A stretch of 64,000 nt of DNA from an uncultured Erysipelotrichaceae bacterium (GTDB taxonomy: Bacteria; Bacillota_I; Bacilli_A; RF39; UBA660), in assembly GCA_902764545.1 (NCBI GenBank), contig CACWWC010000009.1, positions 5,540 to 69,539 of the forward strand, in the 5' to 3' direction. Shown here piece after piece: positions 30,376-38,669 of the stretch. Each line of letters starts with the position of its first letter. The stretch's first letter is position 1. The notes below the pieces were generated by a model. It searched no databases. It was not told where the DNA came from and saw only the letters and a list, made by a program, of their open reading frames with translations. A program made the position numbers and the translations under genes.

Positions 30376-32175
30376 TTACTTGTCATTATTTTTTATGTTG
30401 TCTAATAGATCATCACTATTTGTTTCATCATCCACTTGTTCTAATAATTCTTCTTCTTTTTCCCAGGTCTCATTTCCATTTTTCATTTCTTCTTCGTGAA
30501 TTAATACATTATATGCAATTTTACCAACTAACGTTTTTGGAAGTTCAGCTCTAAATTCATATGATACAGGCCATGAGAATCTTGCGAGATTTTTTTCAAC
30601 TAATTGTTTAATTTCAGCTATTGTTTCTTCGTTTTCTTTACTTTTATCGTTTAAGACAATAAATGCTTTTGCTGCGGTTACTTTGTATGGGTGTGGTATT
30701 CCAATTACACATGACATACTTACTGCTGGATGGGAATCTATTACATTTTCAATATTATTTGGATATACGCAATATCCTGATGATATAATCATTCTTTTTA
30801 ATCTACCCTTAAAGTATACAAATCCGTCTTCATCCATCATACCTTCGTCTCCAGTATGAAGCCAGATGCGTCCATCTTTATGTTTTCTTAATGTTTGCTT
30901 TGTTTCTTTTTTATTTCGTATATATCCGGCCATTACAGTAGGTCCTGAAATAACTATTTCACCTTCTGTTCCGTAAGGCACTTCTTTCTCAGTACCGTCT
31001 TCAACAATTTTATAATACATATCTGGGTATGGGATTCCTATACTTCCTGGTCTGTAATAATTAAGTGGTGTAAAACAGCTAGCTGCACAGCATTCTGTTA
31101 ATCCATAACCCTCTCTGATTGTGGTTGGAGAATGATGTTTTTCTAGCCATTCATCAAACTTTTTCTTTAATTCGATTGATAATGAATCGCCGCCTGAAAT
31201 TACACATGTTAAATATTTTAATTTCATATGATTAAAGTTTCTATTATTAGTTATAGCTTCAAAAAGCGTTGGTACACCTACAAGTACATTTGGTTCGTAT
31301 TTTTTTAGTATCTTATCAAATGTCTTAGCATTAAATTGTGGTAACAGGATACTTTCTCCACCAAAATATTGGACACAGTGTATACACACACTTAATCCAA
31401 ATCCATGGAAGATAGGCATAATGGCTAAAACTTTGTCTTTTGCTTTTAAACAAGCAACATGTTCAAAATTCTGCATTGCTGAAGCATTTAGATTTAAGTT
31501 TGTCAGTTTTACTCCTTTTGGTGTTCCTGTTGTACCTCCTGAATATAATATTGCTGCAATATCTTTTCCTTTAAAGTCATCATCTATTTCTTTAGTGTAC
31601 TCTCTTCCTAATTTTATAAAGTCTCTCCATGAAATTTGTTTTGGATTTTTCTCCAACCATATTTTATATCCCTTTGTTGCAATATATATTGGAACCATGT
31701 ACATTGGCATCGAATCTGCCACACTTACTGTAACTATTTTTTTTACTTTGGTTTCATTTACAATATGATTGACTTTATTAAATGCAAAATCAATGGTAAT
31801 TAACCATTCTGTTTTTGATATGTTTAGATAATGTTTTATTTCATTTTCTGCAGATAGCGGATGAATCATACTTGCAATTGCTCCTATTTTATTGGCTGCG
31901 TAAAATGAAATAATTCCTTCAGGGGTATTAGGCATACATATTGAAACAACATCCTTTGGTTTTACTCCAATGGATTTCATTGCTCTTGCTGCTTCATCAA
32001 TTTGTTTTAAGAATTCGTGATAAGTTTTCTTGTTACCATAATAATTATAACTGATATTATTTAAGTGTTTACTGGCTGTGTATTCTATCAATTTATATGC
32101 AGAAAAATCAGGATATTCTAAATGCTCCTTTTCATTATCATAAAATTTTCTCCATGGAGCCTTTAATCTTTTCAT
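30376..32175 (-). CDS. AMP-dependent synthetase/ligase (long-chain fatty acid--CoA ligase-like)
   Basis: AMP-binding box LYSGGTTGTPKGV, and GYGLTE/TGD motifs further along, 599 aa. Confidence 0.75.
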   Translation of the reverse strand: MKRLKAPWRKFYDNEKEHLEYPDFSAYKLIEYTASKHLNNISYNYYGNKKTYHEFLKQIDEAARAMKSIGVKPKDVVSICMPNTPEGIISFYAANKIGAIASMIHPLSAENEIKHYLNISKTEWLITIDFAFNKVNHIVNETKVKKIVTVSVADSMPMYMVPIYIATKGYKIWLEKNPKQISWRDFIKLGREYTKEIDDDFKGKDIAAILYSGGTTGTPKGVKLTNLNLNASAMQNFEHVACLKAKDKVLAIMPIFHGFGLSVCIHCVQYFGGESILLPQFNAKTFDKILKKYEPNVLVGVPTLFEAITNNRNFNHMKLKYLTCVISGGDSLSIELKKKFDEWLEKHHSPTTIREGYGLTECCAASCFTPLNYYRPGSIGIPYPDMYYKIVEDGTEKEVPYGTEGEIVISGPTVMAGYIRNKKETKQTLRKHKDGRIWLHTGDEGMMDEDGFVYFKGRLKRMIISSGYCVYPNNIENVIDSHPAVSMSCVIGIPHPYKVTAAKAFIVLNDKSKENEETIAEIKQLVEKNLARFSWPVSYEFRAELPKTLVGKIAYNVLIHEEEMKNGNETWEKEEELLEQVDDETNSDDLLDNIKNNDK

Positions 32176-32246
32176 ACTATCACCTCAAAAAAATATCATG
32201 ATAATTATACTATTTTTTGACTTTTTTTGCAAATATTACACTAATT

Positions 32247-32275
32247 AAAAAAAGCCATTATATTGGCTTTTTTTA
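32247..32275 (-). terminator. rho-independent terminator (GCCA-TTATAT-TGGC with T-run)
   Basis: Hairpin immediately after the stop of the 520-aa gene. Confidence 0.5.
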
Positions 32276-33835
32276 ATTAATATTAGCATTTATATTATTA
32301 ATTATATTATTTGTTTCTTGAAAGGCTATGTAATCACCATTATTTTTCCATTCACTATATTGTGTAGAATTCCACTCATCAAAACTTATCCATTCTCCAT
32401 CGTAATAAGTTCTTGTTGCATAGAAGTAATAATTTGAACTATTGTAATTTGATGTATAGAATGTTAAATCACAATATTGTGGTACATCCATATCTGAAGT
32501 TTGTTCTTGATCTTGACCTCTATTAAGTATCATCTTATCAAATTGATTTCTATTGAACTTAAATTGTACCGCTGAGCCTCCTGCAGATTCCGTAATAGAA
32601 CTTCCTGGCCAAGATCCATTGTTATTACCTGTTGCATTATTCCATAAATAATATTTTAAATTATGTTTATCTATGGTAAAAAATCTTACTTCATTTGAAT
32701 TGGCTCTATTAGGATAAATTTTAGGTACAAATATTTTTCCCCAATCATTTGATGTGAATTCTAGGTCTATGGTTTGTTTTCTTTTTATGTCATCATTTAA
32801 CCAAGTAATACTTGATTCTTTTCCATTAGTGAATATTATGTCAGTATAGTTTTCTAGGTATGATTCATTTATGGTATATTTGTATATATTTCTTTCATCA
32901 ATCTTAGTCATATCAATACCTGGCCAGACCATATATGCTGTTTCACTTGTTTTATTATATAAATACATTTTCACTGTGTAGTCTGATTCACTATCATCTT
33001 TATACCAATCTGGTGGCATTTGGAAATATATATTGTAGTTTTGATTATACTTTGCGTATAAAGTAATGTCTCCTGTTTTATTATTTAAGTTTGTTACTTT
33101 GTTGCCGCTGAATGTTGAATCTTCATACCAACCTACAAATGTTGCGTTTGTTTTGCTAGCATCTAGTATTTCAACAGTTTCTCCTTCTGCATAATATGTT
33201 GGCTGATTTTCTGCTTGAACTCCGCCGTTTAGTTCATACGTGATGTTATATAGTCTTGTAAATTTAAATTTAATTGTACCTGTTAAATTTCCATCTGTGA
33301 ATGTTTCATTATTATATTTATATTTTACAATGATATTTTTTGAGGATTTTTCTTCTATCAAATCTCCTATTCCAGTTGATGTATCATCAGTAATAACTTC
33401 TGGTACTATATCAGTGTTAGTATAGGCCCCAAGCTCCTCGTTTCCTGTTGTATCATATATAATTCCATCAAATCTATATTTAACATTATCAGTGTTTTTT
33501 ATTTCTACATTTAAAGATACTTCAGAGTCTTTATCTGCCAATATTATTTCGTTAGTTAATAATGTTTCAACATAATGATTAACTTTATATGAGGAATTTT
33601 CGCTCATACTTTCTAGTTTGACATCAGTTATTATTACACCGTCTTGTAAATCAAGTTCTAAATGCCCGTTTGCATATAAATTATATGTTGTTTGAGCAAA
33701 CGCTATTGTTGTAAATAGTAATCCTATAAAAACTATTGCAATTATTTTTGGTGATACCACTGTATTTCTTTTTCTTCTAATTTTTTTCAAATTATCACTC
33801 TCCTGTGTATGGTTCTGATGTAGCTTGAATTTCAA
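32273..33835 (-). CDS. secreted Asn/Tyr-rich protein (520 aa); last gene of the SipW-like operon
   Basis: Signal-like N-terminus …IAIVFIGLLFTTIAFAQTTYNLYANG resembles those of the small paralogs. Overlaps the upstream gene by 41 nt. Confidence 0.55.
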   Translation of the reverse strand: MKFKLHQNHTQESDNLKKIRRKRNTVVSPKIIAIVFIGLLFTTIAFAQTTYNLYANGHLELDLQDGVIITDVKLESMSENSSYKVNHYVETLLTNEIILADKDSEVSLNVEIKNTDNVKYRFDGIIYDTTGNEELGAYTNTDIVPEVITDDTSTGIGDLIEEKSSKNIIVKYKYNNETFTDGNLTGTIKFKFTRLYNITYELNGGVQAENQPTYYAEGETVEILDASKTNATFVGWYEDSTFSGNKVTNLNNKTGDITLYAKYNQNYNIYFQMPPDWYKDDSESDYTVKMYLYNKTSETAYMVWPGIDMTKIDERNIYKYTINESYLENYTDIIFTNGKESSITWLNDDIKRKQTIDLEFTSNDWGKIFVPKIYPNRANSNEVRFFTIDKHNLKYYLWNNATGNNNGSWPGSSITESAGGSAVQFKFNRNQFDKMILNRGQDQEQTSDMDVPQYCDLTFYTSNYNSSNYYFYATRTYYDGEWISFDEWNSTQYSEWKNNGDYIAFQETNNIINNINANIN

Positions 33836-34349
33836 TAGTTACGTCAGCACTTTTTTTACTGTCTGTTGGAACTTTTATAACTTTTCCTTTTATTGTAATG
33901 GTTGCATTTTTTCCAGGAGCTAATGTAGTTGTGTCATTTCCTTCTTCATCTTTTGTAATTTCCTCAACTTCAAAATATTCTGAATCACACGTTACATTTA
34001 TATTGAAATTAGCCGAAAAGTAGTTACTTTCATTTGCTATTGTATACTTTACTACTGCAGTATCTCCATATCCTTTCATACCCGTTACAGTAAACGATGC
34101 AGTTCTATTTGTTACATCATTACTGTCTAAATTTGCATCGATTGTCATATGACTTGGTTGATTTTCTGGGACTTCGACATCAACAAATTTTACTTTAAAA
34201 TCATCTGCAGATTTTATTCCTGTTGCACGGGCAGTTCCATTAATATTTAAAGTGATATTATTTATTTTAGCATATCCTATTGTTGCTATAGCAATAAGTA
34301 ATAATACTAATGTTAGTAGAAACATTTTATTATTAATTTTTTTTCTCAT
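33795..34349 (-). CDS. small secreted beta-rich protein B (184 aa), TasA/CalY-like candidate, paralog of 36854-37387
   Basis: Start set at MRKKINNK (GAAGGTGA RBS). Signal …LLLIAIATIGYAKINNITLNINGTARA parallels GIGYATINSIPLIINGTATA of the paralog. Confidence 0.55.
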   Translation of the reverse strand: MRKKINNKMFLLTLVLLLIAIATIGYAKINNITLNINGTARATGIKSADDFKVKFVDVEVPENQPSHMTIDANLDSNDVTNRTASFTVTGMKGYGDTAVVKYTIANESNYFSANFNINVTCDSEYFEVEEITKDEEGNDTTTLAPGKNATITIKGKVIKVPTDSKKSADVTIEIQATSEPYTGE

Positions 34350-34400
34350 TTTATCACCTTCTATAATGGAATAAATAGACATTTTTATAATGCCTATTAA

Positions 34401-35669
34401 TTATTTTTTAAATTTATATTCAGCTGTCTTATCTAATTGTTCATAAAGATCTTCATCAGAATTTTTAGTACCCATGATGGCATTTTTATCATCTAGAATT
34501 TCTATTTCTGTTGTATTTTTTATATCTTCATTTATTTTATCGATTGTATAGAATTTTTGTACAGGTCTTTGGTTGGTAATGTCTCTTGCATCGTAATCTG
34601 GAGCTTTTGTCCCCCTAATTTCTGATTCAATATCTACTACTCTAATTGCGTATGTATAAATTACCCCGTCTTCTACAGGAATAAGGAAATATGTTCCAGT
34701 TTTTTCTTTGTTTTCAAGCATTAGTAGTGGTTTTTCTGATGATTCTTTGATTTCAATCATATCTTGAAAACTTTCTACCTTACATATTTGTGATGCACCT
34801 AATGGGTAATCTCCGCTTATTTTTTGAATATATGAGTCATATGCTAGAGTTATTTTTTTAATTCTATTTTCATAAATATCTTGTACTGTTCTAGTTTTCT
34901 TAATATATCTATTAATTAAAACAAACATAACTATTGAACATATTATAAATATTATTCCTGTTATTAATATTAAAATATAATTTTTATCAGGTTTTACTAG
35001 TATTCTACTATCGTTTGAATTAAGAGATGTTCCACTTATATCAACATTAACTGTTTTTGTGGTTAATGGTATTGTAATACTACTTTTAGCATTACTAATT
35101 TTAGATAAATCTATATTCTGATGTGTATTTAGATTTCTGACATTAACATCCATTGATACTTTTAATGTATTTGTTGTTTGTGATAAATCATAAGTACTAA
35201 TAAAACTGCTTAACAAATTATTATATTTATTATAATCAATATCAATATTATAATTTATATTCATTCCATTTTTAGTTATTTTATCTTCTGATGTATATAA
35301 TACTTCATTTTTTGTAAATAAAACTTTATCATTGTCACCATCTGTTACATTAAATTCAGCAATTATTCTATAATTATATGAATACTCAATTCCACTTTGA
35401 AGATCTAACTTATAATTAAAGTTTGCAGGTATATAATCAATTAATGATGCAACATATTGATTACCTCTTTCAATGCACTTAGATTCATAGAAATTATTGT
35501 CTTTTAAACATACACTATAATTAACATTACTATCTTCTTGATAATTAATGTAGTGTCCATTACTTAGTATTTTAAACATTAACAGCGAAAATACACCTAC
35601 TACTAAAAGAATTGTAGGCAATAAGTATAAATTTTTAATATTGATTTTTTCTTTTTTATTATGATTCAT
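34401..35669 (-). CDS. two-TM membrane protein (422 aa) with an extracellular Asn-rich domain and a cytoplasmic C-terminal domain
   Basis: TM at residues ~15-35 and ~232-254. Sits between the peptidase gene and secreted protein B. Confidence 0.5.
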   Translation of the reverse strand: MNHNKKEKINIKNLYLLPTILLVVGVFSLLMFKILSNGHYINYQEDSNVNYSVCLKDNNFYESKCIERGNQYVASLIDYIPANFNYKLDLQSGIEYSYNYRIIAEFNVTDGDNDKVLFTKNEVLYTSEDKITKNGMNINYNIDIDYNKYNNLLSSFISTYDLSQTTNTLKVSMDVNVRNLNTHQNIDLSKISNAKSSITIPLTTKTVNVDISGTSLNSNDSRILVKPDKNYILILITGIIFIICSIVMFVLINRYIKKTRTVQDIYENRIKKITLAYDSYIQKISGDYPLGASQICKVESFQDMIEIKESSEKPLLMLENKEKTGTYFLIPVEDGVIYTYAIRVVDIESEIRGTKAPDYDARDITNQRPVQKFYTIDKINEDIKNTTEIEILDDKNAIMGTKNSDEDLYEQLDKTAEYKFKK

Positions 35670-35672
35670 AAT

Positions 35673-36812
35673 TTAACCTCTCTTTACTCTTTCAAAAAAC
35701 TCATTAATCCATATCGTTGGTTGTCCAATTTTTGCTATTTTTAATTTAACTTTTCCTTTGAATGTTTTTCTTGTAACATATCCTGAATCCTGTTGTATAT
35801 TATTGTCACCTTTTGTATATAATCTTATTTCATCATTTATATCTTCTATTTTTACCACTCTATGAACAATAATTTTTGTATTGGTTGAATATAAAATGAT
35901 ATCCCCTTTTTTTATATCTTTTATATCTTTTGAATTTTTATAAATTATTGCATCTCCTTTATCAAGTGTTCCTGTCATCGAGCCTGAGCCTATCACTAGC
36001 ATTCCATATGTAAATTTGCATGATATTAACATTGCGACTATTGCCATTATTACAATACTTATTATTGTTGAGGCCGCTTTTAATTTTCGATTATGTACTG
36101 TTATTACTTTTTTATCTTTTTCATATACACTCTTTAAAACAATATATATTAATAATGGATAAAGCATTCTACATACTGATTTGAAATATATGTATACATC
36201 AGGAGTAAATGGTATTATATATAAATATATTGTTGTAATAATCCTGTAAATGATATTGGGTACAATCCCAAATTCTTCTGATATATAGTTGAAAAGGATG
36301 TTTGATACAATTGATGCAAAAAATATATAGCCTATTGCTTCTAAAAATTCATTTAAATTGAATATATTGTAAATATTAACATACATTACTAAATCAACTA
36401 GTACAGTAAAGATTAGTGTATTTATTCTTGAAGCATTTGTCTTTTCAGATAAAAATTCATTTCTAATTATTTCAGATGTAATTATTATCAATATTGAAGG
36501 AATAATATAATTTATTATTGTATGAATTCCAAATTTGTAGGCCGACACATAATAACCCACATATATTCCAATTACATAATATAGTACAACATATAGAATA
36601 GCAAATATGGTCATATATTTTGTAATATCTTTTTTATATATTGAGGATTGGTGTGTTCTACTAATTATCTTTCTTGTGATAAATGCATATAGGACTAAAA
36701 TTAATGCAATAAGCATTTTATTGGTTAAAACTTTTGATGTAATTAGAATACTTACAAAAAATATAATTATAAATAATTGTAATGCATATATTTTGTATAA
36801 CCCCTTTTTCAT
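35673..36812 (-). CDS. signal peptidase I, SipW-type (S26B), with a ~245-aa polytopic N-terminal extension
   Basis: The C-terminal 130 aa has GSGSMTGTLDKGD (catalytic Ser) and IIVHRVV (His) and is colinear with SipW/archaeal-type SPase I. It is preceded by 7-8 predicted TM helices of unknown function. Confidence 0.7.
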   Translation of the reverse strand: MKKGLYKIYALQLFIIIFFVSILITSKVLTNKMLIALILVLYAFITRKIISRTHQSSIYKKDITKYMTIFAILYVVLYYVIGIYVGYYVSAYKFGIHTIINYIIPSILIIITSEIIRNEFLSEKTNASRINTLIFTVLVDLVMYVNIYNIFNLNEFLEAIGYIFFASIVSNILFNYISEEFGIVPNIIYRIITTIYLYIIPFTPDVYIYFKSVCRMLYPLLIYIVLKSVYEKDKKVITVHNRKLKAASTIISIVIMAIVAMLISCKFTYGMLVIGSGSMTGTLDKGDAIIYKNSKDIKDIKKGDIILYSTNTKIIVHRVVKIEDINDEIRLYTKGDNNIQQDSGYVTRKTFKGKVKLKIAKIGQPTIWINEFFERVKRG

Positions 36813-36853
36813 AACTTTACTCCTTTTTATGTTTTATTAATTCACGGAGTTTA

Positions 36854-37387
36854 TTAATTTACTGGACTTGCTACTAATCTTGTTGTAATAATTGATTCTT
36901 GATTATTTTCTATTGGTGTTTTTACTACCTCAACTTCTATTGCAAGTGTTGTTGTTGCACCAGCATCCAATAATGTTTTATTTTGATTGTTAGCATCAGG
37001 TGTTCCAAACGTTCTAGTAACTTTGAAATACTCCGCATTTGTATTAGAAGTTCCATCATTTGAAATTTCTATTTCTGCATTTAATCCAGTTGATGAATTT
37101 GTAATATTGAAAATAATTATTGCTTTATCGCCTACTGCCGTTAAATCTTTTGTGGTAAAACTTGCACTTAAACCTTTTGAGATAGGTTCAGGATCAAGCA
37201 CAATATTTTGCGGTCCATCTTGATAACCATTAAATTCTACTTTAAAGTTGTTTTGATTTGGGGAAGCAGTTGCGGTACCATTTATAATTAATGGTATTGA
37301 ATTAATCGTGGCATAACCGATACCCAAAACAATTACAGCGATTAGTGCATATAATGCGATGGATAGACTTTTGCTTTTGTGATTCAC
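36854..37387 (-). CDS. small secreted beta-rich protein A (177 aa), TasA/CalY-like candidate
   Basis: GTG start with an AAAGGA RBS. Signal peptide …LGIGYATINSIPLIINGTATA. First gene of the operon. Confidence 0.55.
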   Translation of the reverse strand: MNHKSKSLSIALYALIAVIVLGIGYATINSIPLIINGTATASPNQNNFKVEFNGYQDGPQNIVLDPEPISKGLSASFTTKDLTAVGDKAIIIFNITNSSTGLNAEIEISNDGTSNTNAEYFKVTRTFGTPDANNQNKTLLDAGATTTLAIEVEVVKTPIENNQESIITTRLVASPVN

Positions 37388-37555
37388 CTTAAATCAATCC
37401 TTTCTCTCTATAATTATTTTTCCTATTATCTATTTAATGATACCAAATTTTATAATTTTTGTATATTATTTTTGAAATTTTTGTCGTAAAATTATACTTT
37501 TTGTTGAAGATTTGGATAATATACTCAATAATAATTGATTAAAGGAGTGGTAAGT

Positions 37556-37903
37556 ATGAAAAATAAAAATGCTTATGACAATAATAGAGATTTTATCAAC
37601 AAGATTTTTGATAGATCTGATAATCCGATTGAGGAATTAGAGAGGATTAATAGCGTTGTTCCAATATTTTTTATTGATGAGAATAACATAAACTATATTA
37701 ATGAAGGGTTAGATAAATATGGCTATGAAATCAATCCAAATTATATTTCTGATGTGAAATCACAGTGTCAAATGTATGGTTACCCTGCTTGTGGTGGTGG
37801 CGGTATAGGACATTCTTCTTGTTGTAGTTCACTAAATATTGATAAGCCGTTATTATTGGTAAAAAAGAATAATGGTGGTATTGAAAATGGAATTAGATAT
37901 TAA
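37556..37903 (+). CDS. Cys-rich small protein (115 aa); candidate precursor/partner of the adjacent radical SAM enzyme
   Basis: AAAGGAGTGG RBS. C-terminal QCQMYGYPACGGGGIGHSSCCSS cluster. The 3' end overlaps the radical SAM ORF by 32 nt in another frame. Confidence 0.45.
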   Translation: MKNKNAYDNNRDFINKIFDRSDNPIEELERINSVVPIFFIDENNINYINEGLDKYGYEINPNYISDVKSQCQMYGYPACGGGGIGHSSCCSSLNIDKPLLLVKKNNGGIENGIRY

Positions 37904-38363
37904 AGGAAAAAAATATAATATTAAACCCTATGCCTGTTCTCCCTGTGATGAATTTCCTTTTTATATAAATATTACTAATGTATGTAATGCAAAGTGTAGT
38001 TTTTGTTCTAACGCTTGTAATAAAGATTATGGTAAATTAGACTTAAATTACTTAGAGGAAATTTTAGAACAAATCAGCAATAATATAAGTAGATTCTCTA
38101 TTAGTGGTTGTGAAACACTATTATATCCAAATGATTTAGAAGATTTACTTAAATTATTACAAAAATATGATAGAAGAATAACTTTAAATACTAATGGTAG
38201 TTTTTTAAAAGAGAATGTTGAAATGCTAAATAAATATAATAATATTGAATCTATTCAGCTAAGTAGACATCATTACATCGATGAAAAAAATAATGAAGTA
38301 TTCAATATAGAGACTTTACCTTTTAGTGAATTGAATAAAAAAACTAACCTATTTCTTGATTAG
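37872..38363 (+). CDS. radical SAM protein, minimal activase-like (163 aa)
   Basis: CNAKCSFCSN is a CX3CX2C motif, followed by a SAM-binding-like ISGCETLL. No SPASM domain. Confidence 0.6.
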   Translation: MVVLKMELDIKGKKYNIKPYACSPCDEFPFYINITNVCNAKCSFCSNACNKDYGKLDLNYLEEILEQISNNISRFSISGCETLLYPNDLEDLLKLLQKYDRRITLNTNGSFLKENVEMLNKYNNIESIQLSRHHYIDEKNNEVFNIETLPFSELNKKTNLFLD

Positions 38364-38375
38364 TTATATAAAAAA

Positions 38376-38401
38376 GCTCGAAAAGTTTGAGCATATTTTT
38401 T
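38376..38401 (+). terminator. possible rho-independent terminator
   Basis: GCTCGAAA-AG-TTTGAGC imperfect hairpin plus a T6 run, 13 nt after the radical SAM stop. Confidence 0.35.
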
Positions 38402-38669
38402 ATGGAGCAGTTAAGTAACAGTTTACTCTCTTTCTAAAAATATTGCATATGAATTCTTATTAAATGTCAATGGGAGTATATGAAAAATCGTAAAATAATG
38501 TATAATATATTTTATAGATTATTTTACATTTAATTAAAAGGAGGAGGTAAAAATAGATAGATTAGAAGAAAACACAGTATATTTATATGCTGAATATAAA
38601 ATTAATGATGAAACAAAATGCCAAGTTATTCCTAGTGGTAACATTTCAGATTTAATATATGAAGAAGGA

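Noticed and set aside
35673-36812. An exosortase/archaeosortase-like identity for the N-terminal polytopic domain of the SipW-like protein, prompted by the Cys-Arg pair
   Set aside because: The neighbouring proteins lack C-terminal PEP-CTERM-type sorting signals, and the similarity is only compositional. It is kept as an open question under the findings and is not a call.
37388-37555. A shared regulatory motif in the divergent promoter region between the SipW-like operon and the Cys-rich/radical-SAM genes
   Set aside because: Only generic AT-rich sequence with plausible -10 elements. No repeat or palindrome stands out from background.
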